Assembly (NCBI GenBank): GCA_045657045.1
Contig: JAZOSJ010000088.1
Coordinates: 1 to 58,430 of the forward strand
Length of the DNA: 58,430 bases
DNA from: Alistipes sp.
GTDB taxonomy: Bacteria > Bacteroidota > Bacteroidia > Bacteroidales > Rikenellaceae
Reading direction: 5' to 3'
Each line of letters opens with the position of its first letter. The stretch's first letter is position 1. A program made the position numbers and the translations under genes. The notes under the pieces are model-generated. The model was not told the DNA's origin. It worked only from the letters and a program-made list of their open reading frames with translations, and did not search any database. This document shows positions 1 to 10,259 of the stretch, one piece after another.

Positions 1-640
1 CCCATGCGCTTGTTGGGAACTCCTTACCGGTCTGCTTCTTAACGGCAGCCTTGAATGCTACAACGAGCTCCTTGAGATCCTCGGTAGTAAGGTCAGTGTC
101 GGCCTTAACACCGCGCTTCTCCTTCTGAGCCTCGATGATAACCTCGAATGGATCCTGATCCTCCTTAGATGCTGGCTTCATCTCAAGTACTACGTCACCG
201 TACATCTGTACGAAACGACGGTATGAATCCCAAGCGAAACGAGGGTTGCCAGAGAGCTTAGCTACAGCCTCAACAGCCTCATCGTTCATACCAAGGTTAA
301 GGATTGTATCCATCATACCTGGCATTGATGCGCGTGCGCCAGAACGTACTGAAACCAAAAGAGGAAGTGTTGAATCACCGAACTTGCGACCTGTAAGGTT
401 CTCGATATTCTTAATAGCTGCCTCAACCTCAGGACGAAGCAACTCGATAACACGCTCCTTGCCCTCCTTGTAGTACTCTGAACATACATCAGTGGTGATT
501 GTGAATCCTGGAGGTACAGGAATACCAATCAAGTTCATCTCAGCGAGGTTGGCACCCTTACCGCCAAGCAACTCTCTCATCTTGCCATTACCCTCAGCCT
601 CCTTGTTACCGAAGGTATAGACACGCTTTACATCTGCCAT
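1..640 (-). CDS. ppdK: Pyruvate, phosphate dikinase (5' part; runs off the window start)
   Basis: Not in the ORF track. Manual translation from ATG at 640 gives [50 protein letters not shown]...[25 protein letters not shown], the PPDK N-terminal signature. Confidence 0.95.
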   Translation of the reverse strand, partial: MADVKRVYTFGNKEAEGNGKMRELLGGKGANLAEMNLIGIPVPPGFTITTDVCSEYYKEGKERVIELLRPEVEAAIKNIENLTGRKFGDSTLPLLVSVRSGARASMPGMMDTILNLGMNDEAVEAVAKLSGNPRFAWDSYRRFVQMYGDVVLEMKPASKEDQDPFEVIIEAQKEKRGVKADTDLTTEDLKELVVAFKAAVKKQTGKEFPTSAW

Positions 641-723
641 AATTCTTTAATTTATAATTAGTTAATATGATAATTACATTTGTTATTGTATTGCTATTTG
701 CCAATTAGGCACATAATAGCTTA

Positions 724-731
724 CAAAAGTA
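724..731 (-). promoter_or_regulatory. Bacteroidota sigma-A -7 box (TACTTTTG) upstream of ppdK
   Basis: Matches TAnnTTTG about 85 bp upstream of the ppdK start, correct orientation. Confidence 0.6.
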
Positions 732-833
732 ATTAAATTTTTTTGAAAATGCAATAATTATATCAGAATTATATCGATGAAAAGGCGATTATTATCTATA
801 AATCCTGTTGGTGATAGGATGCTATTCTTGATG

Positions 834-1937
834 CTATCTCCTATTTAGCATACGGCGTATCCAGAGATAGTATCCTGTAAGTGGTAGTGTGGCACCGAGC
901 ATAGCCGCCAAAAACCACATAATGCGAGAGAGGTAGCCTCCCCAATTGCCAACGTGTATTGTGTAGACCCAGCCTCGCACCTTGCGGGTGTGGTCCGAGT
1001 CTTTATAGAGTGTTATGTCGGTTATCTCGCCGCTATTGTTGTCAAATGAGTATTTGTCCGATGCTCGCTGATTACCCCAACCTGACTGCTTGACCGATAC
1101 GTCACCATCTGATACGGTTAGCTCTGCAAACTCACTATTGGTATCTTTGATGCTATCTACAGCACTCTGCCAGTGGATATATCTCTCCGTATTGGCGTTA
1201 CGTGTACCTCCCTTTTGTGGTGTGTGCGTGTTGTTATTCGATTTTGTCTCTACGCCGAATAGTGAATAAAAACTTTTGCTATACCATTTGAATGACCAGG
1301 TTAAGCCTGTCAGTGCCATAGCAAGAAGTAGAAGTGTAGCGTAAACACCACCTACCACATGCAGGTCGTACCAAAATCGTTTCCACCCTTTGCGTACCTC
1401 TATATTAGTTCGGTTTTTGAGCGCTTTAATACTTTGGGGCCACCATAGAACAATGCCTGTTAGGATAATTATAACCATTAGCAGGGTGCTTATACCCACG
1501 ATAACCTTGCCCCAATATATCGCTCCATCCTCCGGCTTTGAGTCCATAAGCCAGCGGTGTAGACGGAACATAGTCTTGAAAAATCCCAAGCGACCAGGCT
1601 CGCCAAGCACCTCACCCGTATATTGGTCTACGTAGATTGCTGCGTGCTTGGGTGTGTTGATATTAACCTTGTAGCTGCGCTCAGGGTCGTTGCATATGGT
1701 CACACTCGTGATACGTCGACCCTCCTCAAGTAATGGTTCGACATTTGCCAAAAGCTGGTCTATAGGTAGTGGCTCACCTACAACGTCGGTATAGTAGTAT
1801 TCGCTCTGCACAGCCTGTGTTATCTCCTTCTCGAAGATAAGCATTGCTCCCGTAAAGCAGGTAATAGATATCACGATACCCAATGGTAGCGAAAACCAGA
1901 GATGCGCCTTCTTAAAAAACTTTCGCATATGCGTCAT
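834..1937 (-). CDS. PepSY-associated TM helix protein (XusC-like inner-membrane component)
   Basis: Motifs HLW, LHRWL, YDLHVVGG and IHVG.WGG, several TM helices; last gene of a TBDT-DUF4374 operon. Confidence 0.85.
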   Translation of the reverse strand: MTHMRKFFKKAHLWFSLPLGIVISITCFTGAMLIFEKEITQAVQSEYYYTDVVGEPLPIDQLLANVEPLLEEGRRITSVTICNDPERSYKVNINTPKHAAIYVDQYTGEVLGEPGRLGFFKTMFRLHRWLMDSKPEDGAIYWGKVIVGISTLLMVIIILTGIVLWWPQSIKALKNRTNIEVRKGWKRFWYDLHVVGGVYATLLLLAMALTGLTWSFKWYSKSFYSLFGVETKSNNNTHTPQKGGTRNANTERYIHWQSAVDSIKDTNSEFAELTVSDGDVSVKQSGWGNQRASDKYSFDNNSGEITDITLYKDSDHTRKVRGWVYTIHVGNWGGYLSRIMWFLAAMLGATLPLTGYYLWIRRMLNRR

Positions 1938-3352
1938 TAGTTTATAGGGTTAAGGCGACCAATACCTTTAATCTGTGTTGCCTCCACGGTTAAGCCCTTG
2001 GTTGCCACTGCCGTATTGGTGTCGATAGCGTAGATGGCAGGGTAGTCATTTGTAAGGGTTACTGCTATGTAGCATTTGCCATTCTCTGAGTATGGGTCAT
2101 TACCAAAACCAGAGATTGTTTCAGCCGCAGGGAGCCCTGTAACGGATGTTAGTGTAGCACTCTCGGTGTCGAATATAGCGAGGCGTGATGCTGTCATTGT
2201 CGTTGATGGCGCAAGAGGCATATCATACATAAGCATCAAGAACTTATTGCCACCAACATACCAGGTGCGTAGGAATGAGTGTCCATTTGCGAGAGCCTCG
2301 ATATTCACATAGTAGTCGGGGTCGAACTCCTCTGTTCCCGCCTTGATGCGTACAACGCCTGCGGGAAGTGTCGTCTGCTGACGCGCATCTGCCATACTCT
2401 TGGCATACGATGGCGAGAAGACATAGATATCACCACTCTCATCCTTCCAAATCATTTGATAGTATTGTGATTTGTTACGGCCACAGGCATAGCTAATCTT
2501 ATCTGTACGAATAAGACGCTTTGAGGATAGGGTGTGGTCATCAAATATCGCTACCCAGCACTCGTCGGGATATTGTGTCCACTGCAACTCACCCTCCTTA
2601 TATGCTCCAGAGCCTGAGCCACCAGCCTCTTCCTTAACTAAATCCTCATTGCCCGACTTTACCCATTTACCACCTTCGATGTTGACACCATATTGGCTTA
2701 GTCCCATAGGAATGGCAGCAGAAAATATTTTGCCATCGACCTCTTCGATACCAGCCAAGGTCACAAACTCGCCATTGCCGAGGAAGTTCTCTGATAGATA
2801 CTGCTCCTCAAGGGTGTTGTTTGTGGTGTAGGTCTCGGCCTCAACATCGAGATACGATATGAGGATAGACTTTGGTAGATACCCCTTGTCGTCAGCCCAC
2901 TCCGCAGGGCCGTCGCCTGTGGAGAATGTCATAATGTAGTTGTCGTAGATGCCGTATGTGGTAAATCTGCGCACGGCATACTCTGCAGGGCGTGCCGAGA
3001 GAGAGTAATCGCTATTCATTACATAGGAGCGTGTAGTGCCTGCATTGCCCTGGTTGTATGTAAGACCATATAGATACTTATCTCTCCAAAATACCCAGTA
3101 TGTAGCACCGTCGTTAACTAAACCATTGGTCATACCCACAGTGCCACTATTAAGGTTAGATGCTGTAACCAGAGCGTTAGTCGTAGAGCCTGTAAATGTT
3201 CCTTGTGTGGCAAGAACATAAGGACGCTCCGAGTCATTGTCCTGTAATCCATTATTAGGATTGTGTGTGTGGTTCTCGCAAGCTGCTATTGCTATGAGTG
3301 AGAAGATTGAAAATGTCGTTACTGCGAGTTTGGTTAAAATTCGATTTTTCAT
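1937..3352 (-). CDS. DUF4374 surface lipoprotein (XusB-like)
   Basis: Lipobox-like IAAC; motifs [29 protein letters not shown] and FDPDYY typical of DUF4374; lies between TBDT and PepSY genes. Confidence 0.8.
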   Translation of the reverse strand: MKNRILTKLAVTTFSIFSLIAIAACENHTHNPNNGLQDNDSERPYVLATQGTFTGSTTNALVTASNLNSGTVGMTNGLVNDGATYWVFWRDKYLYGLTYNQGNAGTTRSYVMNSDYSLSARPAEYAVRRFTTYGIYDNYIMTFSTGDGPAEWADDKGYLPKSILISYLDVEAETYTTNNTLEEQYLSENFLGNGEFVTLAGIEEVDGKIFSAAIPMGLSQYGVNIEGGKWVKSGNEDLVKEEAGGSGSGAYKEGELQWTQYPDECWVAIFDDHTLSSKRLIRTDKISYACGRNKSQYYQMIWKDESGDIYVFSPSYAKSMADARQQTTLPAGVVRIKAGTEEFDPDYYVNIEALANGHSFLRTWYVGGNKFLMLMYDMPLAPSTTMTASRLAIFDTESATLTSVTGLPAAETISGFGNDPYSENGKCYIAVTLTNDYPAIYAIDTNTAVATKGLTVEATQIKGIGRLNPIN

Positions 3353-3382
3353 ACTATTATTTGTTATATTATTAATCTAAAT

Positions 3383-5773
3383 CTATCTACCTCCAAATGT
3401 TATGCGAAGTTTTGCATAAAAGGCTCTGCCCGCCTTCTGAAGGCTAAAGTTGTCGTAGAGTCGCTCGTTTGTTAGGTTACGACACTCGGCAGAGATATTG
3501 TATTTGCCACCTTTAAGAGTGTAACTTAGCGATATGTTGTGCGCAAATTGGTTAGGCACCATATAGTCGTTCTTGTTAGAGCCTATGCGTGATGAGTAGT
3601 AGTAGAAGTGGTGTGTATATTGGTTGTCGTATGTTAGAGATAGTGTATTACCCTTTGCTATGCAGTCGTGCCACGATAGGGTTAGAAAGGTGTCTGCAAA
3701 GAGGTATGGGATATTGGGCATTCGGTCGCCATAACCCAGATTAGGCATCGATGAACCTATTGCTGTAGGCATATTGTCACGAACATCCATATAGGTGAAG
3801 TTGCCACCTACTGATACGATGTCATAGTAGCTATATCGTGCTGAGGCGCTTGTGCCTATTGTGCTTACGCGGCCATAGTTTATATAACTTGCTGCAGCTT
3901 TACCGCCACTTAAATCTACGATGTTGCGCTGGATGTAGTCATCCGTATTTCGCCATATAAAACCGCCCTCAAGGTATAGGCTATGTTCGCCATTTCTGCC
4001 ATACGACCCTGTGTAGCTAAGGCTAAGGTTTAGGTTATCACTACTTTCGGGGCGAATGCCAATATCTCCCATTTCAAGGTCCTCGTCGCCGAACATCTCT
4101 TCGATTGTAGGCAGGCGGTAGGCGCGTTCAAAGGATAGCTTGGCCTGTATCGAGGGTGTTAGGTAGTATGTACTGGCAGCGCCGTAACCAACAGCATCCT
4201 CGCTACGCGATGTAGCAATAAAGTTGGTCATATTACTATCTGTGGCAATTGGTCCACGCACCTTTAAGATGTAGTACTTGGCAAAGAGCGATGCGTTCCA
4301 ACGCTTAGATGGCGCAAGTCGATACTGCAAACCTGTTATGTTCTTGGTTGTTAACTTGTCGATATTGTCCTCTACGGCCTCCTTTGCAAGAAGTGAGGTG
4401 TTAGAGCGACTAAAGTGTGTTAGTACATTGTTGAAGGTGAAGGTATGTGCCTCATTTAGTTGGTAGTTAAGTGTTGTGGTTGTATTCCAACTATGGTTTG
4501 TTGAGCGGGTATGCTGGTATGACTGCTCGCCTGGCGAGTTTAGACGCTTAGTGTCGCCCAACCAATTATATTTGTATTGCGCGGTGTCAATGTTGTATGT
4601 GATATTGTGGTTGTAGTTGGCAGTAACTGTGAGGTCTAACCCTTCAACACCCAAATCGCGCTTTACATACTCCATAGAGGGCATCAAGGAGTTTCCACGA
4701 CGTAGCTTATCGCCATAGACAATCTCTTGACGAACACCTGTCTGTATCTCCTTGTAAAACTGCGAGTAGTTGAGTGTGAACATCAGACGATCTGCCCACT
4801 CCTTCTTTACTACGCCAACCTTTGCAACGATGCTTTCGTTGTGGTAGGTGTCGTGGAAACGCTCTACACGCTCAAGCTTTGAACGGTCTATACGTCCAGA
4901 CTCAAAGTCCTCGATAGGCGCATCTACTTTGTAGTTATTGCGCGAGTAGTTTTGGAAGGCGTATACCTCCCACGTAAGACCACTCTTGAGCCTCTCTCCT
5001 ACATTTACAGATGTACGATGTGTTGAGAATGAACCAAATGAGTATGAGGCATCTGCCCACCAGCTGCGACGCGTTTTCTTAGTTACAATATTGATGACGC
5101 CACCCAATGCATCTGCTCCAAAGCCTACAGGCACAACACCACGATAGACCTCAATACGGTCGGCATAGCCTGCAGGTATGTTGTTGAGCGAAAAGGCATT
5201 GCCTACGCCCTCCTGTGGAACACCGTCGATGAAAATTTTGACATGCTTGCCCGCGAAGCCATCTATCATAAGTGACATATCTGAGCCTACGCCTCCCGAC
5301 TCACGTAGTTTTAGTCCAGGGGCATTTGCTAAGGCGTCGGCAAGGTTTTTGGTAGAGTTTCTAAGTGGCTTTGTATCTACGGCTACGGCGTTGAATGCCG
5401 AGTGTCGAATATTGCCGACACCCGATGCCGACACCACAACGGCATCAATCTCCGTTGCAGCCTCGGTGAGCTGAAAGTCTACATTTGCATTGGAGTGTGG
5501 TGAAACACTAATGCTCTTCTCGGCATATCCCATCATCTGGGCTGTGAGCCTGATGTTGCCTTCTGGGATATATAATGTGTAGCGACCCTCGTGATCGGTT
5601 GTTGTGCCGAGGGTGGTATTCTCGATGTATATCGTAGCGTATGGTAGAGCATTGCCATCACTATCCTGCACCACACCGCTAATCATTATCAATGATGGTG
5701 GCTCAGTGGCAAATAGCGGTATAGATATTAATAGTGATATTATAAATAGAGTATATCTTCGTACTGCACCCAT
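3383..5773 (-). CDS. TonB-dependent receptor (XusA-like)
   Basis: N-terminal carboxypeptidase-regulatory-like domain, plug motif RIEVYRGVVPVGFGADALGGVINIVT, C-terminal NLTNERLYDNFSLQKAGRAFYAKL. Confidence 0.92.
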   Translation of the reverse strand: MGAVRRYTLFIISLLISIPLFATEPPSLIMISGVVQDSDGNALPYATIYIENTTLGTTTDHEGRYTLYIPEGNIRLTAQMMGYAEKSISVSPHSNANVDFQLTEAATEIDAVVVSASGVGNIRHSAFNAVAVDTKPLRNSTKNLADALANAPGLKLRESGGVGSDMSLMIDGFAGKHVKIFIDGVPQEGVGNAFSLNNIPAGYADRIEVYRGVVPVGFGADALGGVINIVTKKTRRSWWADASYSFGSFSTHRTSVNVGERLKSGLTWEVYAFQNYSRNNYKVDAPIEDFESGRIDRSKLERVERFHDTYHNESIVAKVGVVKKEWADRLMFTLNYSQFYKEIQTGVRQEIVYGDKLRRGNSLMPSMEYVKRDLGVEGLDLTVTANYNHNITYNIDTAQYKYNWLGDTKRLNSPGEQSYQHTRSTNHSWNTTTTLNYQLNEAHTFTFNNVLTHFSRSNTSLLAKEAVEDNIDKLTTKNITGLQYRLAPSKRWNASLFAKYYILKVRGPIATDSNMTNFIATSRSEDAVGYGAASTYYLTPSIQAKLSFERAYRLPTIEEMFGDEDLEMGDIGIRPESSDNLNLSLSYTGSYGRNGEHSLYLEGGFIWRNTDDYIQRNIVDLSGGKAAASYINYGRVSTIGTSASARYSYYDIVSVGGNFTYMDVRDNMPTAIGSSMPNLGYGDRMPNIPYLFADTFLTLSWHDCIAKGNTLSLTYDNQYTHHFYYYSSRIGSNKNDYMVPNQFAHNISLSYTLKGGKYNISAECRNLTNERLYDNFSLQKAGRAFYAKLRITFGGR

Positions 5774-5803
5774 AGTTGTTTTAGTTTACTAATTTCTACG
5801 GTG

Positions 5804-5811
5804 CAAAGATA
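5804..5811 (-). promoter_or_regulatory. -7 box TATCTTTG for the TonB receptor operon
   Basis: TAnnTTTG 30 bp upstream of the ATG at 5773. Confidence 0.65.
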
Positions 5812-5919
5812 CCTCTATTCAGAAAGGTGGGCAATCGCTTAATTTGGGGAAATAGACGATGCTCTACTCCCTAAATTATGGGATAGAGTGCTTTGGAAGG
5901 GTATGTATAGGGTTTTATT

Positions 5920-7092
5920 TTACTTAATTGTGCCGCTGCCAACAACAATATCGCCTGAATACCACGCTGCAAACTGACCAGCGGTGATGCCTCGTTGTGG
6001 CTCGTCGAAGAGGATATATAGAGCCTCCTCCTCCATTATGAGTTCTGCCTTTTGTAGTGGCTGGCGGTAACGTATGCGAACATCGTATCTGCGACGCTCG
6101 CCAATCTCCATCTTGTCTGTTGGGTTTACCCAATGTATCTCGTTGTGGTCGATACGCAACGCCTTGCGGTAGAGTCCTGGATGGTTGTCCCCCTCGCCAA
6201 CATAGATGACATTCTCCGTAACGTCTGTGCCAATGACAAATAGTGACTCCTTGCGACCACCGATACCTAAGCCCTTGCGCTGACCAATGGTGTAGAAGTG
6301 TGCGCCTTGGTGCGTGCCTATCTTCTTGCCATCGCGAACAGTTAGACGATATGGCTCGGCAAGTGCTTTGTAATCAGTGTCTTTGCAGTTGCGAACAAAA
6401 CGTGGTGAGTGGGGTAGTATCTCGTGAATATTACCCTCTTTTGTTTTGAGTTTTTGCTGTAGAAATACGGGTAAATCGACCTTGCCAACAAAGCATATAC
6501 CCTGCGAATCTTTGCGCTTTGCGGTGGCAAGTTTCTGCTCCTCGGCAATGCGTCTAACCTCTGGTTTTAGTAGGTCACCAATAGGGAACATCGCGTATGA
6601 TAATTGTTCCTGCGTAAGCTGGCAAAGGAAGTAACTCTGATCCTTATTGGGATCGCTGCCCGCGAGTAGTTGGTAGTGTGTATTACCTTCACTATCAATA
6701 TATTCGCCTCGTCTGCAATAGTGTCCTGTTGCCACACGCTCAGCACCAAGTTTAAGCGCCTCCTTGAGGAATACATCGAACTTGATTTCGCGGTTACATA
6801 AGACATCTGGGTTGGGCGTTCGCCCCGCCTCATACTCCGCAAACATATAGTCGACCACGCGCTTGCGATACTCCTCCGAGAGGTCAACATAATGAAATTC
6901 TATGTCGAGACGTTTTGCTACAAGCTCAGCAAAAACCTGGTCGTCATACCAGGGACAGTCGCCTTCAAGAGTGCCCGTAGTGTCGTGCCAATTGCGCATA
7001 AAGAGTCCGATGACCTCGTGTCCCTGCTCTTTGAGCAAGTACGCTGCCACCGAAGAGTCTACACCACCTGAAAGACCAACTACAACACGCAT
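5920..7092 (-). CDS. mnmA: tRNA 2-thiouridine(34) synthase
   Basis: SGGVDSS PP-loop, TPNPDVLCN, ATGHY, KDQSYFL, DSQGICF, GQFAAWY. Confidence 0.97.
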   Translation of the reverse strand: MRVVVGLSGGVDSSVAAYLLKEQGHEVIGLFMRNWHDTTGTLEGDCPWYDDQVFAELVAKRLDIEFHYVDLSEEYRKRVVDYMFAEYEAGRTPNPDVLCNREIKFDVFLKEALKLGAERVATGHYCRRGEYIDSEGNTHYQLLAGSDPNKDQSYFLCQLTQEQLSYAMFPIGDLLKPEVRRIAEEQKLATAKRKDSQGICFVGKVDLPVFLQQKLKTKEGNIHEILPHSPRFVRNCKDTDYKALAEPYRLTVRDGKKIGTHQGAHFYTIGQRKGLGIGGRKESLFVIGTDVTENVIYVGEGDNHPGLYRKALRIDHNEIHWVNPTDKMEIGERRRYDVRIRYRQPLQKAELIMEEEALYILFDEPQRGITAGQFAAWYSGDIVVGSGTIK

Positions 7093-7113
7093 ATAATAAG
7101 ACTCTTACATAGT

Positions 7114-7716
7114 TTACTTAATAAGTTGCATAAATTCATCGCGAGTACGAGGATCTGAGAGGAATACGCCTGTAAACGCCGATGTTGTAGTTACAGAACG
7201 CTGCTTCTCCACGCCACGCATCTGCATACATGTATGGCTCGCTTCGATAACAACAGCTACACCCAATGGGTTTAGTGCCTGCTGGATGCTATCGCGAATC
7301 TGCACTGTAAGACGCTCCTGTACTTGCAATCTGCGGGCGAAGCACTCTACAACGCGCGCAATCTTCGAGAGGCCTGTGATGTGACCGTTAGGAATATAGG
7401 CAACATGCGCCTTGCCGATAAATGGTAGCATATGGTGCTCGCAAACCGAGAAGAGTTCGATATCCTTAACGAGTACCATCTGCTGATACTCCTCCTTAAA
7501 CATCGCAGAGCGGAGAATGGCGATTGGGTCCTGAGCATAGCCCTTGGTGATGAATGACATCGCCTTTGCTACACGCTCTGGAGTCTTAATAAGTCCCTCG
7601 CGATCTGGATCTTCGCCAAGAAGACGTAGAATCTCGCGATAGTGTCCCATCAACTCGTTGATCTTCTCCTCGTTGTATATATCCTCTCGTTTATAATTTG
7701 TAATTACCTCGCTCAT
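7114..7716 (-). CDS. folE: GTP cyclohydrolase I
   Basis: [37 protein letters not shown]. Confidence 0.97.
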   Translation of the reverse strand: MSEVITNYKREDIYNEEKINELMGHYREILRLLGEDPDREGLIKTPERVAKAMSFITKGYAQDPIAILRSAMFKEEYQQMVLVKDIELFSVCEHHMLPFIGKAHVAYIPNGHITGLSKIARVVECFARRLQVQERLTVQIRDSIQQALNPLGVAVVIEASHTCMQMRGVEKQRSVTTTSAFTGVFLSDPRTRDEFMQLIK

Positions 7717-7832
7717 ACTTCAGGTATGTTCTATAAATTAGCAAAAGTGTTATCTTATTTAAGATATATTCTTTTATATATATTATTCAGCAAAAGTAGA
7801 AATTTTAATGCGAATCTGCAAATCTGGGAATA

Positions 7833-7890
7833 AAAAAGAAATCGTTTAACAATGGAACTATGCGTAAGTTGCCCTTTGTTAAACAATTTT
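7833..7890 (-). terminator. Probable intrinsic terminator after rpsP-rimM
   Basis: Imperfect inverted repeat gtttaacaa...ttgttaaac followed by a T-run on the minus strand. Confidence 0.5.
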
Positions 7891-7917
7891 TAATCTGTAT
7901 TGACTCTTGATATGCGC

Positions 7918-8412
7918 TTATAAATCAAGAAGTCCGTCGGGTAAGACAAACTTAATTTTGCGCTTATTGAAGTCTATGTTTGCGATAAACTCCTCCTGTG
8001 CTGGGATAAGATGACTCTTGCCATCGAGTGTAATTTCGAAGAGGGGGTTTGCTTCGCTGTCGTAGTAGTCGGTAAGTTCGCCCTTGCGCTTGCCTACGGT
8101 TACTGCAAAGCCAATCAAGTCCTCCATATAAAATTCGTCGTCATCCTCGTTGCCGCTATCCTCGATAAATAGCTCACGACCCACGAGAAACTCCTCGGCA
8201 CGGCGTTCGGTGTCAATATCGTCGAAGTGTACTACTGCACCCGCTTGTCCGCGACGCTCGAAGGATGAATAAAAAATAGGAACCGCTAGTTTGTCGATGA
8301 TGACAAACAGCGGTTCCGTTGGTTGTAGATTGTCTGGGAAGTTTGTGTAGAGCGTAATCATCACTCCACCCTCTGTGCCGAAGAGTCGGCCTATACGTCC
8401 CACGGCAATCAT
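7918..8412 (-). CDS. rimM: 16S rRNA processing protein RimM
   Basis: VGRIGRLFGTEG, EFYMEDLIG, LIPAQEEFI, LPDGLLDL; directly downstream of rpsP. Confidence 0.92.
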   Translation of the reverse strand: MIAVGRIGRLFGTEGGVMITLYTNFPDNLQPTEPLFVIIDKLAVPIFYSSFERRGQAGAVVHFDDIDTERRAEEFLVGRELFIEDSGNEDDDEFYMEDLIGFAVTVGKRKGELTDYYDSEANPLFEITLDGKSHLIPAQEEFIANIDFNKRKIKFVLPDGLLDL

Positions 8413-8426
8413 AGCACCGATAAGAA

Positions 8427-8960
8427 TTAAGCCTCAGCAGCCTCCTCTGAAGCAGCCTCTGTAGCCTCTTCAGCTGCAGCGGCAGCAGCCTCAGCAGCAG
8501 CCTGTGCCTTCTTCTCAGCGATAGCTGCAGCGCGCTCCTCCTTAACCTTAGTCTCAGCAGCGAGCTGTGCCTTCTTTGCAGAGTTAGCGTCAGCAGCAAG
8601 CTTGTTAGACTTAGCGTCGATCTTAGCCTGCTTGTCGCCAGCCCACTTGTTGAAGCGAGCCTCAGCCTCAGCCTCAGTGAATGCGCCCTTAGCAACGCCA
8701 CCCATAAGGTGCTTCATATACATTACGCCCTTGTACGAGAGAATTGCTCGACAAGTATCTGTAGGTTGTGCGCCCTTACAAACCCAATCCAAAGCTCGGT
8801 CGAACTTCAAATCGATTGTAGCAGGATTCGTGTTTGGGTTGTATGTACCCAACTTCTCGATGAACTTACCATCACGTGGCGCTCTGCTATCTGCGGCAAC
8901 GATATGGTAGAAAGCATAACCCTTCTTACCGTGACGTGCCAAACGAATTTTAACAGCCAT
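8427..8960 (-). CDS. rpsP: 30S ribosomal protein S16 with Ala/Glu-rich C-terminal extension
   Basis: [13 protein letters not shown]...[23 protein letters not shown]. Confidence 0.98.
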   Translation of the reverse strand: MAVKIRLARHGKKGYAFYHIVAADSRAPRDGKFIEKLGTYNPNTNPATIDLKFDRALDWVCKGAQPTDTCRAILSYKGVMYMKHLMGGVAKGAFTEAEAEARFNKWAGDKQAKIDAKSNKLAADANSAKKAQLAAETKVKEERAAAIAEKKAQAAAEAAAAAAEEATEAASEEAAEA

Positions 8961-9022
8961 TTGCTATAAAATTTTATTGGTTAATAAATAAATACGCATA
9001 ACCCATCTGGGTTTTCAGCGCG

Positions 9023-9030
9023 CAAATGTA
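9023..9030 (-). promoter_or_regulatory. -7 box TACATTTG for rpsP-rimM
   Basis: TAnnTTTG about 60 bp upstream of rpsP. Confidence 0.65.
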
Positions 9031-9087
9031 CGAACAATTTTTCATCTGGCAAAATATTCTTAATAAAAAATGTCCAAAACTTTGTCG

Positions 9088-9103
9088 TGGAATAGTATTT
9101 GCA
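9088..9103 (+). promoter_or_regulatory. Putative sigma-54 (-24/-12) promoter of hsp20
   Basis: TGGAAT-AGTAT-TTGCA fits TGGCAC-N5-TTGCA spacing, ending 42 bp before the ATG. Confidence 0.5.
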
Positions 9104-9145
9104 CCCCAATGGTGTACAGTTTAACCATTAAACAATGTAAAAATT

Positions 9146-9613
9146 ATGATGCCTGTAAAGAGATTCAATCGTATGCCAAGTATGCTTGGCGACCTGTTTA
9201 TTGAGCAGTGGCCAGAGTTGTACACAAAGCGCAACTCAGCACCTCAAATCAACGTTATCGAGACCGACAAAAAGTTCAAAATCGAGATTGCTGCCCCTGG
9301 TATGACTAAGGAGGATATGCGCGTGGAGCTTAACAATGAGAATCAGCTCGTTGTATTGTTGGAGAAGGAGGTTGATAAGGATGCTGATGGCAAGGAGTGC
9401 TGTGGCGACGAGGACTGCTCAAAGGATGAGAAGCATCACTACCTACGTCGTGAGTTTTCGTATACATCATTCCGTCAGATTTTCAATCTTCCAGAGAGTG
9501 TAGACAAGGATAAAATCACGGCAAAGATGAGCCACGGTGTGCTTAAAATCAGATTGCCTAAGCGTGAGGGTGGTGAGAAGATTCCAGAGATGAAGACTAT
9601 TGCTATCGAGTAA
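9146..9613 (+). CDS. Hsp20/alpha-crystallin small heat-shock protein
   Basis: PQINVIET, IAAPG, YLRREFSYTSF...F.LP, GVLKIRLPK, C-terminal IAIE (IxI). Confidence 0.93.
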   Translation: MMPVKRFNRMPSMLGDLFIEQWPELYTKRNSAPQINVIETDKKFKIEIAAPGMTKEDMRVELNNENQLVVLLEKEVDKDADGKECCGDEDCSKDEKHHYLRREFSYTSFRQIFNLPESVDKDKITAKMSHGVLKIRLPKREGGEKIPEMKTIAIE

Positions 9614-9636
9614 TAGAGGTGGTGTTCTTAAATTGG

Positions 9637-9756
9637 GAGAGTGACTAAAAAGTGTATTTTGTCGTTACGCTTGCCCTCAAAATGCTCATTTACGCACAGT
9701 AAACTCCGCTTTTTCGGGCTTCGCAAGCCTAAAACTACATCTTTTTATTCACTCTC
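9637..9756. repeat. Palindromic intergenic element A (REP/MITE-like, 120 bp)
   Basis: 16-bp terminal inverted repeats gagagtgactaaaaag / ctttttattcactctc (1 mismatch). Core aaaatgctcattt...gtaaactccgctttttc is shared with the element at 12421. Confidence 0.75.
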
Positions 9757-9764
9757 TTAGGTTG

Positions 9765-9800
9765 GGGGTTGGCTAAGTTACTTTTTAGTCAGCCCCTTTT
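9765..9800 (+). terminator. Terminator-like hairpin containing the TTTAGTCAGCC motif
   Basis: ggggttggctaa...ttagtcagcccc followed by tttt. Confidence 0.6.
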
Positions 9801-9853
9801 GTCGATCTCGAAAATTAGTGCTATATTTGTAGTGTGTGTAAGTACTGATAGCG

Positions 9854-10255
9854 ATGGATATAGTAACATTTCGAGAATATTGTCTCTCGTTGCCAGAGAC
9901 CGAGGAGACGCTCCCTTTTGATGATGATACCCTTGTCTACAAGGTGTTGGGACGTATGTTTGCGATGATATCCATTAGTCGTCCCGACCATTTCGCTGTT
10001 AAGTGTCACCCCGATAGGGCTGTACTACTAAGGGATAGATACGCCGAGATTACTCCTGGCTGGCATCTAAATAAACGTCATTGGAACGATGTTAGCATCG
10101 TGGGAGAGTTGACCGATAGCTTCCTAAAAGCCGAAATACGCCACTCCTATTTCGCGGTAGTTCGTAATAATGTAACACCTCGCTACCGTGGTGAAATAAT
10201 ACTTTTTACGGCAGCATGTATGGGAATTGTTGATGATGCCGAGTGGATAGAGTAG
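9854..10255 (+). CDS. MmcQ/YjbR family protein
   Basis: REYCLSLP.TEETLPF, VYKV.GRMFA, VKC.PD, PGWHLNKRHW; TATATTTG box at 9822-9829. Confidence 0.9.
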   Translation: MDIVTFREYCLSLPETEETLPFDDDTLVYKVLGRMFAMISISRPDHFAVKCHPDRAVLLRDRYAEITPGWHLNKRHWNDVSIVGELTDSFLKAEIRHSYFAVVRNNVTPRYRGEIILFTAACMGIVDDAEWIE

Positions 10256-10259
10256 GTTA

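Noticed and set aside
5774-5919. Cobalamin or TPP riboswitch upstream of the TonB receptor
   Set aside because: The -7 box is only 30 bp from the ATG, leaving no room, and no B12-box or TPP core motif is visible.
8427-8700. Long Ala/Glu/Lys-rich tail of S16 and overlapping alternative ORFs
   Set aside because: Extended S16 is normal in Bacteroidota; the overlapping frames are low-complexity shadows.
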